From the NCBI GenBank assembly GCA_964416825.1, contig CAYQFT010000003.1, positions 1-53,062 on the forward strand: a DNA stretch of 53,062 bases, read 5' to 3'. Position numbers and translations under genes: made by a program. Source of the stretch: an uncultured Porphyromonadaceae bacterium (GTDB lineage: Bacteria; Bacteroidota; Bacteroidia; Bacteroidales; UBA12481). The notes under the pieces are model-generated. The model did not search any database and was not told where the DNA came from. It was given only the letters and a program-made list of their open reading frames with translations. Positions 1 to 9,995 of the stretch are shown here, piece after piece. The stretch's first letter is position 1. Each line of letters starts with the position of its first letter.

Positions 1-2
1 AG

Positions 3-905
3 ATCGGATACAAGCGTGAAGATGTTGTATTTATCTCCGGCATCGGCTGCTCCTCAAGATTCCCTTACTACGTGAATACCTATGGCTTTCATGGAATTCA
101 CGGCCGTGCTGCTGCCATTGCCAGCGGCGTTAAGGTAGCAAATCCCCACCTCAGCGTTTGGGTGATTACCGGCGACGGTGATGCCCTGGCTATCGGCGGA
201 AATCATTTCATTCACGTGGTACGCCGTGATATTGACCTGAACCTGATACTCTTTAATAATGCCATTTATGGCCTTACCAAAGGGCAGTACTCCCCAACTT
301 CAAAGCAGGGAGCGGTTACCAAGACTTCGCCGTTCGGCACGGTTGAGCGGCCATTTAAGCCCGGCGGGCTGGTGATCGGTGCAAATGGTAGTTTTTTTGC
401 GCGGACCATTGATTCGATGCCAAAGTATTCCACCGATATATATCTGGAGGCTGCAAAGCATAAAGGAACATCAATCGTTGAGGTTCTTCAGAATTGTGTC
501 ATATACAATGACAATATCTGGGCCGATATCGCTGACAAAGAAAACCGTGACGACCGCATCATCATGCTTAAGCACGGCGAACCCATGATCTATGGAAAGA
601 ATCAGGATAAAGGCCTGGTAATGAGGAATAACATGATTGAACCGGTACGGCTGGGCGAGAATGGAATATCGGAAAAGGATCTTCTGGTTCATGATGCCCA
701 GACAGAATTTGCCGGTATTCATCTGTTGCTTGCCAATATGGAGTATCCCAAATATCCGGTCGCACTTGGAGTAATCAGGGCTTGCGAGGCTGAGAACTCC
801 TATGACGAAAAGGTTGAGATTCAAATTGATGCCATCCATGCTAAGGGCAGGATCAAAAACATGAAGGAACTATTGCATTCCGGGGCAACCTGGGAGGTAA
901 AATAG
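3..905 (+). CDS. korB: 2-oxoglutarate/2-oxoacid:ferredoxin oxidoreductase beta (TPP-binding) subunit; 5' end lies outside the window
   Basis: The frame is open from nt 3 (IGYKREDVVFISGIGCSSRFPYY...), so GTG at 72 is not the real start. TPP-binding signature: TGDGDALAIGGNHFIHVVRRDIDLNLILFNNAIYGLTKGQYSPTS. A strong terminator follows. Confidence 0.85.
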   Translation: MGYKREDVVFISGIGCSSRFPYYVNTYGFHGIHGRAAAIASGVKVANPHLSVWVITGDGDALAIGGNHFIHVVRRDIDLNLILFNNAIYGLTKGQYSPTSKQGAVTKTSPFGTVERPFKPGGLVIGANGSFFARTIDSMPKYSTDIYLEAAKHKGTSIVEVLQNCVIYNDNIWADIADKENRDDRIIMLKHGEPMIYGKNQDKGLVMRNNMIEPVRLGENGISEKDLLVHDAQTEFAGIHLLLANMEYPKYPVALGVIRACEAENSYDEKVEIQIDAIHAKGRIKNMKELLHSGATWEVK

Positions 906-916
906 TCCATATAAAA

Positions 917-948
917 AGCCCCGGCTGGAAAGCCGGGGCTTTTTTTTT
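917..948 (+). terminator. Rho-independent terminator after korB
   Basis: Perfect 10-bp stem AGCCCCGGCT / AGCCGGGGCT with loop GGAA, followed by a 9-nt T run. Confidence 0.85.
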
Positions 949-994
949 ACCCGGTTTTTGCTAAATTGGCGATACTTAGACCAAACCCGAAAAC

Positions 995-3900
995 ATGGAA
1001 TCCAACCCCCCGAAACGTCCTGATATGCAGCGCCTACTGGCTGAACATACGGAGCGTGTTAAGGAATTGATGACGATCAACCGGACCACCTCCATCATCT
1101 CGGAGGGCCAGCCGCTTGCGGAAACGTTCCGGCAGATTGCGCTAATTATCCCGCGAGGCTGGCAATATCCCCAGAAGACCTGCGCAAGAATTGTTTACGA
1201 TAGCCAGGAATTTCTCAGCCTGCGTTTCAAGCAGACGGAGTGGCTGCAGCTGCAAGAATTCAGCTCCGCCGACGGGAAAGTTGGTCGCATTGAAGTATTC
1301 TATACGCAGCAAATGCCCGATGCCGATGAGGGACCGTTCCTGAATGAAGAGCGGGACCTGATCCATACCTTATCAGGCTTAATAACGGGTTATCTGAACG
1401 GGCTGACCGGAAAGGTTTCTGTTGTCAGACCGCCGCGGGAACGGGATGACTATAAATTCAAGAAGATAGTCTACACGGAGTCGATGAAGGACAGCCGGCT
1501 GCTTCTTCAGCAGTTCCTGAGCAAGCAGACGGCGGATAAGAATATCTTTCACGATCTGATGAAGCGAAAGGTTTCGGAGATCCTTCTTGTCGCAACGCTG
1601 TATGACACATTTATCCTGGAAAACGAGGACCGTTTTTTTGAGCAGGCGATGGGTGAGGTTTACCATTTAAGCCTCTCCTCATTGCCAAGGATTACAGGTG
1701 CCACTTCTGCTGAGGATGCGCTGGAACTTCTAAAAGAACGGGAATTCGACTTTGTGGTTCTTATGGTTGGTGTGGATACACGAAGTCCGCTCCGCCTGGC
1801 TGAGCGAATCCGGCGCAGGAATCCGGATATCAAGATTTTCCTTCTCCTCAATAACAGTTCGAAAATCGGGCTGTTCGACGAGAACCAAACTCAGCTGCCG
1901 GCTATCGACAGGATTTTCGTGTGGAACGGGGATTCAAAGATATTCTTTGCAATGGTTAAGCTCCTTGAAGATGAGCTGAACCTGGAGGAGGATACGCGTG
2001 TAGGATTGGTGCGGGTGATCCTGCTGGTTGAAGATTCACCCCGATATTATTCCCGGTATCTGCCGATGCTCTATACTCTGGTTTTCGAACAGACCCAGGA
2101 ATTGATTGCCGAAGCCAATACTAACGAGCTCGACAAGGTGAGCCGAATGCGGGCAAGAACTAAAATCATATTGGCCACACATTATGAGGAGGCCCTGAAT
2201 TACTTTATTAAGTATCAGGATTATCTGGCCTGTGTTATATCCGATGTGAAATTCAAACGGAGTGGTTTAGTTGATGACACAGCCGGAATCAGTTTCCTTC
2301 GGTATGTGCACGGACGCCGCGCTGAGCTTCCCATGATCCTGCAATCGTCGGATCCCCAGTATTCTTCAGCCGCCGTGGAACTGAAGGCAACGTTTATGAA
2401 TAAGAATTCCGAAACCTTGCTTCAGGATCTTAAGACCTTTATTACCTACTCCCTGGGTTATGGTCATTTTGTTTATCGGGATACCCAGGGACGAAAAATT
2501 GCCGTAGCCCGTTCCATGAAGGATTTTGAAAATCACCTGCGGACGATCCCGGATGAATCGATTCTCTACCATGCACTTAAAAATCACTTCTCCCTCTGGC
2601 TCATGGCCAGAGGAGAGATTCAGCTTGCCCGCATTATCAACCCGATCAAGGCCACCGATTTCAGCAGTCCGAAAGACCTCCGGGAATATATTATCGATGT
2701 TATCCAGAACTACAGAATCGACAAGGATAAAGGAAAGGTTGTCAATTTCGATGAGTCGGCAATCCTGGATTGGCGCAATATTGTGAGTCTCGGGACAGGT
2801 TCACTTGGAGGAAAAGGGAGAGGATTGGCTTTTATCAATACGCTGATCAATAACCTGGATTTTAGCCAGATAGTTCCTGACATAAATATCAGGACTCCGC
2901 GAACGGCGATTATTGGAACCGATGAATTTGAGGTGTTCATGCAAAGGAATAACCTCCTGAACCGCGTGATGGAAATTGAAGATTACGGTGAAATCCGGAA
3001 AGCCTTTATGGCCGGCGAACTCTCTTTTAATCTCCGGAAAAAGCTCAGGACTTTCCTTCAGCTTCTTAACCGGCCACTGGCCATACGTTCCTCCAGTATT
3101 TTTGAGGATTCCCTGTTACATCCCTTTGCCGGAATATTTGAAACCTATGTCCTTCCGAATTCTGATCCTGATTTCAATGTACGATTCACTCAGCTCCAGG
3201 AGGCAATACGAATGGTATATGCCTCCATCTTCTCACCAGAGGCCAGGATGTATTTTGAGGCTGTAAATTATCGGATTGAAGAGGAGAAAATGGCTGTCGT
3301 CATTCAGGAATTAGTTGGAAATCAGTTTGATAATTATTATTACCCCCATATCAGTGGCACGGCTCAATCTTATAATTATTACCCGGTGGCACACATGGAG
3401 CCGGATGATGGCTGCGCCATAGTAGCTATGGGGCTGGGCCGTTACGTGGTTGAAGGTGAAAAGGCCTGGCGCTTTTCGCCGAAGTACCCGACTCTTCAGA
3501 TTTCATCTGTGCGTGACCAGCTAAAGACCTCACAGGTATATTTTTATGCAGCAGATCTTGCGAGGAGGGAGTTGAATCTACTGGATGGCGAAGAGGCCGG
3601 TCTGTCGAAGCTGGATATCTCAGTTGCGGAAACCCACGGTGCCATGAAGCATCTGGCATCTGTTTATGATCCCAATAATGACCGGATCGAGCCCGGGTTG
3701 GCAGGAGCTGGTCCAAGAATCCTGAATTTTGCCAATATACTCCAATATGACTATATGCCTTTGGCCAAAACCATTGAAGTGATTCTGGATGTGGTGCATG
3801 AGGCTCTTGGGACGGCTGTGGAAATCGAATATGCTGTAGACCTTTTTCCTGATGCAAGCCATAAGACCTCCTTTTATTTACTGCAGATTAAGCCGATGGT

Positions 3901-4495
3901 TGGCGCCGACGAAGATTTTACGGTGGACATAGATAACATAGAACCAGGGAAGACTATTCTTTACGCCGAAAAAAGTCTTGGAAACGGAAGAATGCGCTGC
4001 ATACGGGACCTTATCTATGTAGTACCCTCAAGGTTTGACAAGCTGAAAACAGAAGAGATGGCAGTGGAGATTGAACAATTCAACGATAAAATGAGAAAAC
4101 AAAAAAAGGAATACGTTCTCATTGGACCCGGAAGATGGGGATCGCGGGACAAGTTTATCGGAATACCCGTGAAATGGTCCCAGATATCCAGTGCCCGGAT
4201 AATCGTTGAAACTGATTTGTCTGATTTCCCGCTTGATGCTTCGCTCGGATCCCATTTCTTTCATAATGTAACCTCGATGGGTGTCGGTTATTTTTCCGTC
4301 AACACCGGTGGGAAGAACTTCATTCAATATGACCTTCTGGAGCAGCAGGAGATTCTAGAGGAAGGGAAATTCTTCCGTCATATCAGGTTTGTGAATGACC
4401 TCGACATTGTCATGGACGGTAAGAAAAGGCAATCTCTGATCCGTTTAGGAAATGGGGTAGAGTGCCCGGAAGTATTCATGGATTATCAGGCTTAA
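995..4495 (+). CDS. Multidomain protein: unassigned N-terminal domain, degenerate receiver, receiver-like domain, PPDK_N-type PEP/pyruvate-binding ATP-grasp, conserved C-terminal domain of unknown function
   Basis: 1166 aa. ATP-grasp/PPDK_N motifs: SLGGKGRGLAFI, IRSSSIFEDS..PFAGIFETY, MAVVIQELVGN, LLQIKPMV. The second REC-like segment has ILLVEDS and CVISDVKF. The first REC-like segment has Met where the acceptor Asp is expected (FDFVVLMVGVD). C-terminal block: GPGRWGSRDKFIGIPVKWSQIS...GSHFFHNVTS. No TSHAAI-type phospho-His swivel motif seen. Confidence 0.7.
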   Translation: MESNPPKRPDMQRLLAEHTERVKELMTINRTTSIISEGQPLAETFRQIALIIPRGWQYPQKTCARIVYDSQEFLSLRFKQTEWLQLQEFSSADGKVGRIEVFYTQQMPDADEGPFLNEERDLIHTLSGLITGYLNGLTGKVSVVRPPRERDDYKFKKIVYTESMKDSRLLLQQFLSKQTADKNIFHDLMKRKVSEILLVATLYDTFILENEDRFFEQAMGEVYHLSLSSLPRITGATSAEDALELLKEREFDFVVLMVGVDTRSPLRLAERIRRRNPDIKIFLLLNNSSKIGLFDENQTQLPAIDRIFVWNGDSKIFFAMVKLLEDELNLEEDTRVGLVRVILLVEDSPRYYSRYLPMLYTLVFEQTQELIAEANTNELDKVSRMRARTKIILATHYEEALNYFIKYQDYLACVISDVKFKRSGLVDDTAGISFLRYVHGRRAELPMILQSSDPQYSSAAVELKATFMNKNSETLLQDLKTFITYSLGYGHFVYRDTQGRKIAVARSMKDFENHLRTIPDESILYHALKNHFSLWLMARGEIQLARIINPIKATDFSSPKDLREYIIDVIQNYRIDKDKGKVVNFDESAILDWRNIVSLGTGSLGGKGRGLAFINTLINNLDFSQIVPDINIRTPRTAIIGTDEFEVFMQRNNLLNRVMEIEDYGEIRKAFMAGELSFNLRKKLRTFLQLLNRPLAIRSSSIFEDSLLHPFAGIFETYVLPNSDPDFNVRFTQLQEAIRMVYASIFSPEARMYFEAVNYRIEEEKMAVVIQELVGNQFDNYYYPHISGTAQSYNYYPVAHMEPDDGCAIVAMGLGRYVVEGEKAWRFSPKYPTLQISSVRDQLKTSQVYFYAADLARRELNLLDGEEAGLSKLDISVAETHGAMKHLASVYDPNNDRIEPGLAGAGPRILNFANILQYDYMPLAKTIEVILDVVHEALGTAVEIEYAVDLFPDASHKTSFYLLQIKPMVGADEDFTVDIDNIEPGKTILYAEKSLGNGRMRCIRDLIYVVPSRFDKLKTEEMAVEIEQFNDKMRKQKKEYVLIGPGRWGSRDKFIGIPVKWSQISSARIIVETDLSDFPLDASLGSHFFHNVTSMGVGYFSVNTGGKNFIQYDLLEQQEILEEGKFFRHIRFVNDLDIVMDGKKRQSLIRLGNGVECPEVFMDYQA

Positions 4496-4505
4496 TTATT
4501 TACAG

Positions 4506-7493
4506 ATGAAAGAGATTGTTCCATTGGATCCGCAAAGATCGGATTTCGGTGAAGCGGAATTTAAGTTCTTGATGCAGAGAAGGATCAATAAGGTTTTGAT
4601 CATTTGCAGTAATTATGATTTCTTCATGCTGGAAGAGGACGGTAGGATTGATGAGCAGATTTTCAATGAATATGTCTCTCTGAACCTCCGGTATCCTCCC
4701 GTCTTTATTCTGGCCAATACGGCCAGGAAGGCTTTTGATTACCTGGAGAGGGAGCATATTGACCTGGTTATCTCCATGCTGAGTGTCGGGGAAATGGATC
4801 CCTTTGAACTTTCCAAACGGATCAAGACAGAATACCCTCATATCCCGATTGTGGTCCTGACCCATTTTAGCCGGGAGGTATCGATTAAGCTGGAAAAGGA
4901 AGACCTGAGTGCCATAGACTATGTTTTTTCGTGGCTGGGCAACGCAGATCTGCTTCTGGCTATCATCAAGCTGATCGAGGACCGCATGAACCTGAACTAT
5001 GACGTTAATGAAGTTGGGGTTCAGATTATTATTCTTGTGGAGGACTCCATACGATATTACTCTTCTTTCCTGCCCGCCATCTACAAGATTGTTTTTAAGC
5101 AGAGCAAGTCATTCATGCAGGAAGGGCTGAACGAGCACCGGAAAATGCTCCGCATGCGGGGCCGCCCGAAGATTTTGCTGGCCACCAATTATGAACAGGC
5201 GATGCAATTTTTCATGGACTATAAGGATAGCACGCTGGGTATTATTTCTGACATTTCTTATATACGGGAAGGGAAGAAGGATCAGGAAGCCGGTTTGAAA
5301 TTCTGCAAGGCCGTAAGGGAACAGGATCCTTATGTTCCATTTCTTCTGCAATCTTCAGAGTTGTCAAATCAGGCAGCGGCATCAGACCTCAACGCAAGTT
5401 TTCTCCATAAATACTCCAAAACCCTGGAGATTGAACTCAGAAATTTCATGCTTCGTTACATGAATTTCGGCGACTTCATATTCAGGGATCCTGATACGAG
5501 GGAAGAGATCGGCAGGGCTACGAACCTGAAAGAGATGCAGGATATTATTCTCCAGATTCCAGCTCATTCACTGAAGTACCATTTCAATAACAATGACTTT
5601 TCCAAGTGGTTTAATGCCAGGGCCTTTTTTCAGATCGGCAGCCATTTGAAACATAAGTCTCTCGATTTTTTTGGGAGTGTGGAGGGAGGAAGGCAGTATA
5701 TCTTTAATATCATTTCAAGCTACCGGCTCTCAAAAGCACGTGGGGTGATTTCGACCTTTGACCGGACTCGTTTTGATGAATACATGCTCTTTTCAAGGAT
5801 CGGCGAGGGATCCCTGGGAGGCAAGGCGAGAGGGCTGGCATTTATCGATTCATTCATCAAGCAGAATGAGCTGGGAACCCGCTGGGATGGAGTTTTGGTC
5901 ACGATCCCCAGAACCGTAGTAATCTCTACAGAAGTATTCGAGGAATTCATGGACCTCAATAACCTGTGGCGGGTTGTAACGTCGAGGCTCAGCGATGAAC
6001 AGATCCTTCAGAGTTTTGTCAATGCCACCTTGCCAGTTCGGATTTACAAGGACCTTGAGGCTTTCATCAGGGTTATTAAGAATCCTATTGCAATAAGGTC
6101 GTCAAGCATGCTGGAGGATAGTCATTACCAACCTTTTGCCGGCATCTATTCTACCTTCATGCTTCCCAAGATTGATGGTGACAAGCAGAAAATGATCTAT
6201 ATGATAGCCGATGCGATTAAGTCGGTTTATGCATCGGTCTATTTTAAAAGTTCAAAAACCTATCTGGCTGCGACCCAGAATGTGATTGATGCCGAGCGGA
6301 TGGCGATCATTCTGCAGGAAGTATGCGGAAACCGTTACAATAACCGGTTTTATCCCACCTTATCCGGTGTTGCACGGTCAATCAACTTTTATCCGATTGG
6401 CAGAGAAAAGCCCGAGGATGGAATAGCCAACATCGCATATGGACTCGGTAAACTGATCGTAGAAGGTGGTACGGGCCTCCGCTTCTCTCCAAGGTACCCC
6501 GGAAAGATACTGCAGCTGTCATCGGTTGACAGCACCCTTAGGGAAACCCAGAGAGAGTTCTATGCACTTGACCTTGAGGCGGATCACTTCCACCCGTCAG
6601 TTGACGACGGGGTCAATCTATTTAAATTAAAAGTGAAAGAAGCAGAAGGGGATGCCGCATTGCGATTTGCAGCATCAATTTATGATATGAACAACGGAAT
6701 GATCAGGGATCAGTATTCTGAGACTGGGAAAAAGGTTATTACTTTCAACAATATATTGAAGCACAATACTTTTCCTCTTGCCGATATTCTCGACACACTG
6801 ATGCAGATTGGTGAAAAGGAGATGAATAATCCGATAGAGATGGAATTTGCAGTGAATCTGGATGTTCCTCCAGGGACCCCAAAGATTTTCAATTTTCTGC
6901 AAATCCGGCCGGTTGTTGAGAATACGGATGTCATCAATTTTAAGCTTGTGGAAGTAAATCAGGCAGAAACCATCATTAATTCCTTTTCTGCTTTAGGGAA
7001 TGGCCTGATTCGGGGCATCCAGGATTTTGTTTATGTAAAACCTGACTGTTTCAGGGCAGCTGACAGCATGACCATTGCAAGATGCGTAGAGTCGGTGAAT
7101 GACCGGTTTGTTGCATCGGGGAGCAATTATGTTCTGGTCGGCCCTGGCCGCTGGGGATCCAGTGATCCCTGGCTGGGAATTCCTGTTAAATGGCCGCAGA
7201 TCTCAGCTGCCCGGGTTATTGTGGAATCCGGACTGCCAGATTATCGAATTGATCCGAGTCAGGGAACCCATTTTTTCCAGAACCTAACTTCATTCCGCGT
7301 AGGTTATCTTACAATCAATCCCTTTATTAATGACGGGTTCTACGATCTGGAATTTCTAAATCGGCTTGAGTGCGTTACCGAGGATGAGTATATTCGTCAT
7401 ATCCGGTTTCCGGGACCCTTATTGATCAAAATAGACGGAGCCCGGAACAGGGGAGTTATTTATAAACCCAGCTTTGGTGATCAAAGTGGGTAG
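4506..7493 (+). CDS. Paralogue of the preceding gene: degenerate receiver, receiver-like domain, PPDK_N-type ATP-grasp, same C-terminal domain; lacks the extra N-terminal domain
   Basis: 995 aa, starting 10 nt after the previous stop. Motifs collinear with the upstream protein: SLGGKARGLAFI, IRSSSMLEDSHYQPFAGIYSTF, MAIILQEVCGN, FLQIRPVV, GPGRWGSSDPWLGIPVKWPQIS, GTHFFQNLTS. REC1 has DLVISMLS (Met at the acceptor position). REC2 has ILVEDS and GIISDISY. Confidence 0.7.
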   Translation: MKEIVPLDPQRSDFGEAEFKFLMQRRINKVLIICSNYDFFMLEEDGRIDEQIFNEYVSLNLRYPPVFILANTARKAFDYLEREHIDLVISMLSVGEMDPFELSKRIKTEYPHIPIVVLTHFSREVSIKLEKEDLSAIDYVFSWLGNADLLLAIIKLIEDRMNLNYDVNEVGVQIIILVEDSIRYYSSFLPAIYKIVFKQSKSFMQEGLNEHRKMLRMRGRPKILLATNYEQAMQFFMDYKDSTLGIISDISYIREGKKDQEAGLKFCKAVREQDPYVPFLLQSSELSNQAAASDLNASFLHKYSKTLEIELRNFMLRYMNFGDFIFRDPDTREEIGRATNLKEMQDIILQIPAHSLKYHFNNNDFSKWFNARAFFQIGSHLKHKSLDFFGSVEGGRQYIFNIISSYRLSKARGVISTFDRTRFDEYMLFSRIGEGSLGGKARGLAFIDSFIKQNELGTRWDGVLVTIPRTVVISTEVFEEFMDLNNLWRVVTSRLSDEQILQSFVNATLPVRIYKDLEAFIRVIKNPIAIRSSSMLEDSHYQPFAGIYSTFMLPKIDGDKQKMIYMIADAIKSVYASVYFKSSKTYLAATQNVIDAERMAIILQEVCGNRYNNRFYPTLSGVARSINFYPIGREKPEDGIANIAYGLGKLIVEGGTGLRFSPRYPGKILQLSSVDSTLRETQREFYALDLEADHFHPSVDDGVNLFKLKVKEAEGDAALRFAASIYDMNNGMIRDQYSETGKKVITFNNILKHNTFPLADILDTLMQIGEKEMNNPIEMEFAVNLDVPPGTPKIFNFLQIRPVVENTDVINFKLVEVNQAETIINSFSALGNGLIRGIQDFVYVKPDCFRAADSMTIARCVESVNDRFVASGSNYVLVGPGRWGSSDPWLGIPVKWPQISAARVIVESGLPDYRIDPSQGTHFFQNLTSFRVGYLTINPFINDGFYDLEFLNRLECVTEDEYIRHIRFPGPLLIKIDGARNRGVIYKPSFGDQSG

Positions 7494-7636
7494 ACCGATA
7501 TGATTCCTGATCTTTAGGCTGATGAACCTTTTTTTTAATGAGGAAAATCATACTTCAACCTGACAAAAATTGCCTGCCAGAGACTCAATTTAAGCTACTT
7601 TTACCAATTACAATTATGTGCTAAATAATTTGTTCT

Positions 7637-8971
7637 ATGAACGTAGAAAAAATAATCATTGATCTTGAAAAGAAACACCCGGGTGAGGTGGAGTATCTTC
7701 AGGCCGTAAGAGAAGTTCTGGAATCCATCGAAGAGGTGTATAACCAGAATCCACAGTTTGAATCCGCAAAAATCATCGAACGGATGGTTGAACCAGACCG
7801 TATCCTGATGTTTAAAGTACCATGGACCGATGACCATGGTCAGGTTCAGGTTAACCTGGGCTACCGGATTCAATTCAACAATGCAATTGGGCCCTACAAA
7901 GGTGGATTGCGATTCCATCCAAGTGTAAACCTGAGTATTCTTAAGTTCCTCGGATTTGAACAGATTTTCAAGAATGCACTTACCACCCTTCCCATGGGCG
8001 GGGCTAAGGGCGGATCGGATTTCAATCCTAAAGGGAAATCCGATTCAGAAATCATGCGTTTCTGTCAGAATTTCATGCTTGAATTGTGGAAGATGATCGG
8101 TCCCGAAACCGATGTCCCGGCTGGTGATATCGGAGTTGGTGGCCGCGAAATCGGCTTCATGTATGGCATGTACCGGAAACTGGCCAGGGAGAACACAGGC
8201 GTTCTGACCGGTAAAGGTCAGGGCTGGGGCGGCTCATTGGTTCGCCCGGAAGCCACTGGTTTCGGAAACGTATATTTTGCAAATGAAATGCTGAAGACCA
8301 AAGGCGAGACCTTTGCCGGAAAAACTGTTGCCATCTCCGGATTCGGCAACGTAGCCTGGGGTGCTGCACTGAAGGCTACCGAACTGGGCGCAAAGGTTGT
8401 AACGATTTCAGGTCCTGATGGTTATGTTTATGATCCGGATGGAATCAAGGGGGAGAAAATTGAGTATATGCTCGAACTTCGTGCTTCGAATAACGACGTA
8501 GTTCAGCCTTACGCACTTGAGTTCGGCGTAGAATTCCATCCTGGAAAGCGTCCGTGGGAAGTTAAATGCGATATCGCACTGCCATGTGCTACACAGAATG
8601 AGCTTGACAAGCAGGATGCCTTGAATCTGATCGCCAATGGCTGTATATGTGTGAGTGAAGGAGCTAATATGCCTTCAACACCAGCTGCCGTTGAGGTGTT
8701 CCATCAGTCAAAAATTCTGTTTGCACCTGGTAAGGCAGCCAATGCCGGCGGTGTTGCCACATCAGGCCTCGAAATGTCGCAAAACTCAATGAAACTGAGT
8801 TGGTCGCGTGAAGAGGTTGATGCCAAACTGCACCAGATTATGAAGGACATTCACCGCCAGTGTGAAATCAATGGTAAGCAGGCCGACGGTTACGTTGATT
8901 ACGTAAAAGGAGCCAACATTGCCGGATTCCTGAAGGTAGCAAATGCTACTCTGGATCAGGGGGTAATCTAG
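7637..8971 (+). CDS. gdhA: NAD(P)-specific glutamate dehydrogenase
   Basis: 444 aa. Hallmark motifs: KGGLRFHPSVNLSILKFLGFEQIFKNALT and PMGGAKGGSDFNPKGKSD. Rossmann segment: GFGNVAWGAA. Confidence 0.95.
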   Translation: MNVEKIIIDLEKKHPGEVEYLQAVREVLESIEEVYNQNPQFESAKIIERMVEPDRILMFKVPWTDDHGQVQVNLGYRIQFNNAIGPYKGGLRFHPSVNLSILKFLGFEQIFKNALTTLPMGGAKGGSDFNPKGKSDSEIMRFCQNFMLELWKMIGPETDVPAGDIGVGGREIGFMYGMYRKLARENTGVLTGKGQGWGGSLVRPEATGFGNVYFANEMLKTKGETFAGKTVAISGFGNVAWGAALKATELGAKVVTISGPDGYVYDPDGIKGEKIEYMLELRASNNDVVQPYALEFGVEFHPGKRPWEVKCDIALPCATQNELDKQDALNLIANGCICVSEGANMPSTPAAVEVFHQSKILFAPGKAANAGGVATSGLEMSQNSMKLSWSREEVDAKLHQIMKDIHRQCEINGKQADGYVDYVKGANIAGFLKVANATLDQGVI

Positions 8972-8973
8972 GA

Positions 8974-9001
8974 GACGGACGACAGAAGACGGACGACGGA
9001 T
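8974..9001. repeat. Heptanucleotide tandem array (4 units)
   Basis: GACGGAC GACAGAA GACGGAC GACGGAT, in strict 7-nt phase. It starts 3 nt after the gdhA stop codon. Confidence 0.7.
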
Positions 9002-9002
9002 G

Positions 9003-9043
9003 AAAAAAACAGGCGTTCCCGGGTGGGGACGCCTGTTTCTTTT
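9003..9043. terminator. Bidirectional rho-independent terminator between convergent gdhA and fabD
   Basis: 9-bp stem AACAGGCGT / ACGCCTGTT around a 12-nt loop. An A run lies on the left and TTCTTTT on the right. Confidence 0.75.
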
Positions 9044-9055
9044 GGTATAAATAAC

Positions 9056-9943
9056 CTATTGAATTTTGGCGCTTTCGGTTTCGACCGAGCGGTCGACTTT
9101 TTTAATCAGGCCTTGCAGAACGGTTCCGGGGCCGACTTCGATGAATTTGGTAGCGCCGTCGGTAATCATGTTCTGAGCGGTTTGCGTCCAGCGGACAGGA
9201 CTTGTAAGCTGGCTGACCAGGTTCGTCCGGATAACTGCCGGATCGGTAACTGGCAGAGCATTGACATTTTGATAAACCGGGCAAACCGGGGCAACTATGG
9301 GTGCTTCTTCAATGGCTTTGGCTAGTTCTGCTCGTGCGGGTTCCATAAGCGGAGAGTGAAACGCTCCACCTACCTGAAGTTTCATGGCGCGCTTCGCACC
9401 CAGCTCGGTCAGCCTGGCAATGGCTTTGTCGATCCCTTCATGGGATCCTGATATTACGATCTGTCCCGTGGTATTGTAATTGGCAGGGACAACGACTTCT
9501 GTAATCTCGGAGCAGACTTTTTCAACAACTTCATTTTCCACTCCCAGAATTGCTGCCATCGTAGAAGGTTCGATCTCGCAGGCTTTCTGCATGGCCATGG
9601 CCCGCTTTGAAACCAGCCGCAGTCCATCCTCAAAGCTCAGGGCACCGGCAGCGGTAAGGGCGGAGAACTCACCAAGACTGTGTCCGGCTACCATATCGGG
9701 ATTAAACTGATCACCAAGAACTTTGGCCAATATCACTGAATGCAGGAAAATTGCCGGCTGTGTTACCTTGGTCTGTCTCAGATCCTCTTCTGTTCCGTTA
9801 AACATAATATCAGTGATGGGAAAGCCCAGTATCTCATCAGCCTTGTGAAATAATTCCCGGGCTTGCTCCGAAAAATCATACAGGTCCTTTCCCATGCCGG
9901 GAAACTGCGCTCCCTGTCCGGGAAAAACAAATGCTTTTTTCAT
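9056..9943 (-). CDS. fabD: Malonyl-CoA:ACP transacylase
   Basis: 295 aa. Motifs: FPGQGAQFPGMGKDLY, active-site GHSLGEFSAL, GGAFHSPLM. Confidence 0.93.
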   Translation of the reverse strand: MKKAFVFPGQGAQFPGMGKDLYDFSEQARELFHKADEILGFPITDIMFNGTEEDLRQTKVTQPAIFLHSVILAKVLGDQFNPDMVAGHSLGEFSALTAAGALSFEDGLRLVSKRAMAMQKACEIEPSTMAAILGVENEVVEKVCSEITEVVVPANYNTTGQIVISGSHEGIDKAIARLTELGAKRAMKLQVGGAFHSPLMEPARAELAKAIEEAPIVAPVCPVYQNVNALPVTDPAVIRTNLVSQLTSPVRWTQTAQNMITDGATKFIEVGPGTVLQGLIKKVDRSVETESAKIQ

Positions 9944-9995
9944 GTCAGGATGGTTTACGTTAAGCGCCGCAAAAATAGAAAAATTCCCATAGAGG

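Noticed and set aside
7494-7636. Bacteroidota-type promoter (-7 box TAnnTTTG) upstream of gdhA.
   Set aside because: The best candidate (TAATTTG near 7626) does not match the 8-nt consensus and sits only a few nt from the ATG. The evidence is insufficient to annotate it.
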